A DNA stretch of 64,000 nt from Azolla caroliniana (Eukaryota; Plantae; Polypodiophyta). How positions within the stretch are numbered: the stretch's first letter is position 1; each line of letters opens with the position of its first letter. Of this stretch, positions 60,001 through 64,000 are shown piece after piece. The notes beneath the pieces are model-generated. The model saw only the letters and a list, made by a program, of their open reading frames with translations. It was not told the DNA's origin and ran no database searches. The stretch spans positions 12,834,001 through 12,898,000 of the forward strand of contig JBHGNT010000021.1 in NCBI GenBank assembly GCA_043228905.1, read 5' to 3'. Both the position numbers and the translations under genes were made by a program.

Positions 60001-62707
60001 AGTATACTCGAAATGCCCATACCGCGTGCGAAAAGCGGTCTTCCACTCATCTCCCGGTCGGATCCGCACGAGATTATACGCTCCTCGTAGGTCGATTTTA
60101 GTAAAAAACTTGGCACCATTAACTCGCTCTAAAAGACTTGATATAAGAGGAAGTGCATACCTATTCCGGATGGTGACTTTATTCAATCCGCGGTAATCAA
60201 CGACAAGACGAAGTGAGCCATCTTTCTTCTTGACAAAGAAGATGGGTGCACCGGCCGGAGATTTCGAATGACGGATGAACCCGCTTGCCAAGTTCTCCTC
60301 TATGTAGGCTCGAAGGACTTCTAACTCGGTGGGTGACAAGTTGTAAATTGGTCCCCATGGTGGCTCAGTTCCTGGTTGTAAATCGATGGGACAGTCATAG
60401 GGACGGTGATGAGGAAGGGTACCGGCTTTTACCTTGTCAAATACATCGGCATAAGGATGATATTTTGCCGGAAGTTGTACTGAGGAGTCCTTCTTAATAG
60501 TGCTGGAAGGATGTACTGATATGGCAAATAGGAACATTGCCTCCTTGGGTCCTTCTTCGCGTAGTTGATGGAGTGAAATGGTCGAAACTCGGTGAGTTGA
60601 TTCTTGGGGTGGTCGATATCGGACTTCTCTTGTTCTCCAATCTATGGCTGGATTATGTAATTCAAGCCAAGGTAATCCTAGGACAATGGGATGCTCTGGA
60701 CTACTAATTATATTAAATGATATTATACACACAAAACTACCTAGGACAACTTGAATGGGTTCTGATTCTTCTACAATATTCTCGGAAGCAATGGGACGAC
60801 CATCAATGACCACTACAGATGCGGGACAAGGAAGTTTTCTTAAGGATATCTGAGAAGCTTGGGCAAAATTTCGATCCATGAAACAGGAATTAGCTTCGGA
60901 ATCTAAAAGTGCTAGGACGGGTACTGGGGGAGTACTTTTAGTACTAACAATGACTTGGGCTAGGAACACCTTGCTAACTTGCTTGGAAGGAATGGAACCA
61001 CTAATGGGCTGTACAGATCTAGGGCTGCTGTCCAACCAAATGGCTCCTATTTTGGCTGGACTCAATCGTTTAACTCTTCATCTAATTGACTAAGGATTTC
61101 AAATTTATTTGAGATACTTGGGCTATTAGTACTATGAATACTATCTGACACTCTATTAGTACTATTAATACTATCAGACACTCCGAAGGGAAGAATTGAC
61201 TCGGGTTTAGTACAGGCGACGATTTGATTTACCTGTCTTCTTGGCCTATGGGGACAATTGATGGCGATATGTCCTGGTCCACCACAATAAAGACATAATC
61301 GATTGGCACGTCGTCGTTGCTTTTCTTCTTCCGATAACGGGCCACGTCGACGCATGGTATCGATCTCCATCGGTGTCGAAGTATTTGCTTGAGGTATGTC
61401 TCGTGCAAACGGTTTAGCCGCGATTGCGGCGTAAGTGGGCTCTGGCCTAGAGCGTGGTATCTATAATTGACGTTCTGAACGCCGTTCGAAAAGGCGGTTG
61501 TCACATCGAACTGCTCGACTGATTGCCTCCGTAAGAGACTTTGGTTCTTCGGGGAAAGTTAGAAGTAGATCTTTGACATCGTTTCGCAAGCCATAGCGAA
61601 ACTGCTCCATTAGTGCTTGATCATCCCAGGGTATATCTGAAGCAAGTAGGCGGAAATCCGCCGCGTAAGCAGAGGCTGGACGATCGCCTTGACGCAATCG
61701 CCGGATCTTGTTGATCGCCGTCTTGATGCTGTCGGTGTCTCCAAAGCAGGCTTTAAACTCACCGATAAAATCTTCAAAGTTATTAAGCAAGGGCGATTGT
61801 TTTTCTAGAAGCGGAGCGAACCATGCCAAGGCTGAGCCGCTAAGTAGCGTGCCTATTAGGCCGACTCGAGATGCATCAGTGGAATATCGGGAAGGATGCA
61901 TCTGGATGACTAAGCGTACCTGATTAAGGAATCCCCGGAATTGCGAACGCGTTCCATCAAATTTCACAGGAAGTCCAATCTTGGGCTCTTTATGAAATCC
62001 TTGGGGATTGGATCCTTGTTGTTGCAACGCTGCTTCGAGTTGTTGTACCCGTAACGCTAACTCCCCATGTTGTTGCGTTTGTTGTTTTTCTAGAGCGATT
62101 TGTTGCAGATCCCCTATCAGTCGTTGGTTTTCTTGTTCCAGGGCAACAAACTTTTCTTTTAGGCACTGTAGCTCGGAGAAAACGGATTGGTATTCTTGGG
62201 CGCTAACAGTAGCCATAGTATAGGGAAAAGGGTAGGAAGATGAGGGAGAGTGACAAGTAGGCTAGAGAAAAATTGGTTCAAACTGTCAGGAATAGTACTA
62301 AAACAGAGATGGAATTAGTACTAAGAAGAGTAGTACTATTAGTACTAAGGGGACGGGACTGCGTAAGATTCCCGAGAGAGAGGAAGTGAGAAGAGGAGAG
62401 AGAGAGAAATAGGATGATGACAACAACTCTTATATTATATGAAAGATAAGTACAATCGACTAAGAGGCTTAAGACTGGTGTTGAACCAATTTGGTTCAAA
62501 ACAATGCCTTGTGCCTCCTTTTATAGTGTTTTTAGGAATAATCTTGAAACTTCTAGAATGTTCCAGAGAGATCTGGAATATACATCAATTTCCTATGATA
62601 AAACATAAATGAAAATAATATCCTACAAAATACAATTCATTGTCATGATGGTAAGAGCTCGACCCATGTAGCATAAGGTCATGGGTTCGAGTCTTGCCAT
62701 CATGACA
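57058..62707 (-). mobile_element. Element E: chromovirus (Tcn1/Tf1-like Ty3/Gypsy) inserted in the RT of D; LTRs 62707-62284 and 57481-57058
   Basis: 424-bp TG...CA LTRs with four substitutions seen. TSD GCGAG at 57053-57057 and 62708-62712. PPT GGGGGAGATGG abuts the 3' LTR. Confidence 0.96.
57482..62216 (-). pseudogene. Element E gag/pol with chromodomain; several nonsense mutations
   Basis: Gag 62216-61062 (stop at 61461; [14 protein letters not shown]). PR LLDSEAN (DSG mutated), RT YLDD, RH DASD, and INT with stops at 58726 and 58000. GPF motif and chromodomain EYEVAAILDSK...YLVDWLGYSPSERTWEP. Confidence 0.9.
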
Positions 62708-63310
62708 GCGAGAGGGTGCTGCAGAGGCTAGGGGACGCAAGGCTCACCTTCTCCGGGGAGAAATCGGCTTTCGGGCAATCAGAGATCATGGTCGTCGGAC
62801 ATCTATGCGGACCGTATGGCCGGAAACCGTCTCCGGCTAAGGTGGAAGCCATCTCCGCAATGAAGCCCAACTGTAACTCGGTCACGGAGGTACGGAGGTT
62901 CTTGGGAGCATGCACGTTCTACCACATATGGATCCCGCATTACGCCCACGTTGCCGAGCTGCTATACGGGTTGCTGAAAAAGGGGCGAAAATTCGAGTGG
63001 CGAGTCGAGCATACGGAGTCGGTCCGAAAGATGAAGGAGGCTCTTGCTGCAGCTCCGGCGCTCCGGAAGGCTGTCTACGAGAAAGGCACCCCCATCTACA
63101 TAACGGTAGATACAAGTCTGACCGGGATCGGATGGGTCGTCAATCAAGAAGATGAGGACGGTATTCAGTTCCCAATCCGGTTCGGCGCGAAGGTCCTTAG
63201 CGAGCGACAGCGAGGATACGCCCAGGTTAAACGCGAACTCTGGGGTATCGTTTTGGCGGTAAAGGCCGCTAAAGACTATCTGATCGGGACAGAGGTGATT
63301 ATCGAGACGG

Positions 63311-63759
63311 TGTCGTGAAAAATTTCGGCTAGAGGCGGAAACCGGGAAACATTGGCTACATCGGTGGGGTGCAACGTGTGTACGCACCCATGTACATTTA
63401 GTGTGAATATCGAGGGCGCCTTTATGGCGCCGAAGAGTAGTCAAGTTGGGGTAGACGATCCCATGTAAGGCGGGATCTGTCCCACATTGTAATGCATCCC
63501 TTTCCTTGTTCTATAAAAGGAAGGGAACGCCCTTTGTGAAAGTGTTGCCCATTTTGCAGTAGAGGGTATATACCGTTAGGTTTAGAGTTAGCTTCTTCTT
63601 CTTCTTCTCCTTCGTGTTCGCTTAGGGTTTGCTGCAGCTTATCTCCTGTGGAAGACCCCGTTCGGCGTGACGAGCCCGAGAGCTCCCCGACGGCGGCTTG
63701 ACAGCAGACGACTGTTGTAAGCTATCTTGGTCCGGCTCGAAGCCGGGAATGTATTCTTC

Positions 63760-63793
<34 letters not shown>

Positions 63794-63882
63794 GTTTGTT
63801 TGTGTATATTCGCGTCGTTGTTGGCGTCGGGTGCTTACCCTCTCCTGCGTTTTCTGTACATAAGGCGTGGGTCGGGTTGGGC

Positions 63883-63914
<32 letters not shown>

Positions 63915-64000
63915 TGTGCGTGAGTCGGTGTTAAGCTCTCTCTCTCTCTCGCTCTCCCTTCGGATGCTTCCGATGTGTTTCTGGGATGCCCCAGAAACAG
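63311..64000 (+). mobile_element. Element F: start of another LTR inserted in the RNase H region of D; runs off the window
   Basis: D coding breaks at IIET|, followed by TGTCGTGAAAAA, the same terminus as H/A/D. TATAAAAGG at ~63513; CTT, TA, TG and CT microsatellites follow. Confidence 0.7.

Larger units (their letters stand above)
52996..63310 (+). mobile_element. Element D: Gypsy of the same lineage as A/H inserted in H gag; 5' LTR 52996-53646; interrupted by E and F; 3' end outside the window
   Basis: TGTCGTGAAG...GTGACA LTR and 18-nt PBS TGGTGAACCCGACGTGAA (53651-53668), complementary to the plant tRNA-Trp 3' end. Gag has a stop at 53844 and a frameshift at ~54383. PR VDHGSEIN, RT PFLDD, RH VDTS. 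Confidence 0.9.

Overview
Eukaryotic plant DNA. The mix of Tcn1-like chromovirus, RTE/RTEX-like LINEs and Trp-primed Gypsy elements suggests a non-seed land plant (inference). (1) 1-7 kb is AT-rich and holds decayed retroelement relics. (2) Two convergent host genes follow: a 3-exon CONSTANS-like B-box/CCT gene (+, 7927-10001) and a 2-coding-exon WEB-family coiled-coil gene (-, 14495-11054). (3) A dead L1-type LINE (15.2-17.3 kb) is followed by a ~15 kb tandem array of a ~1.75 kb dead RTE/RTEX-like LINE fragment (8 units plus a partial lead copy, 17.5-32.5 kb) with chimeric end copies. (4) From 35373 to the window end lies a pile of six nested Ty3/Gypsy LTR elements: host H contains A (which contains C) and D (which contains E and F). 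The most notable signals are four. A -1 frameshift cassette (GGAUUUU-UAG plus a pseudoknot with two compensatory base-pair changes between copies A and D) lies between protease and RT. The very young, intact element C carries a ~1000-aa extra coiled-coil ORF with a candidate TATA/Inr of its own and a hairpin where the PPT should be. Chromovirus E has a Tf1-like self-priming PBS. The LINE fragment has been amplified into a macrosatellite. All calls were made by eye; no database searches were run.
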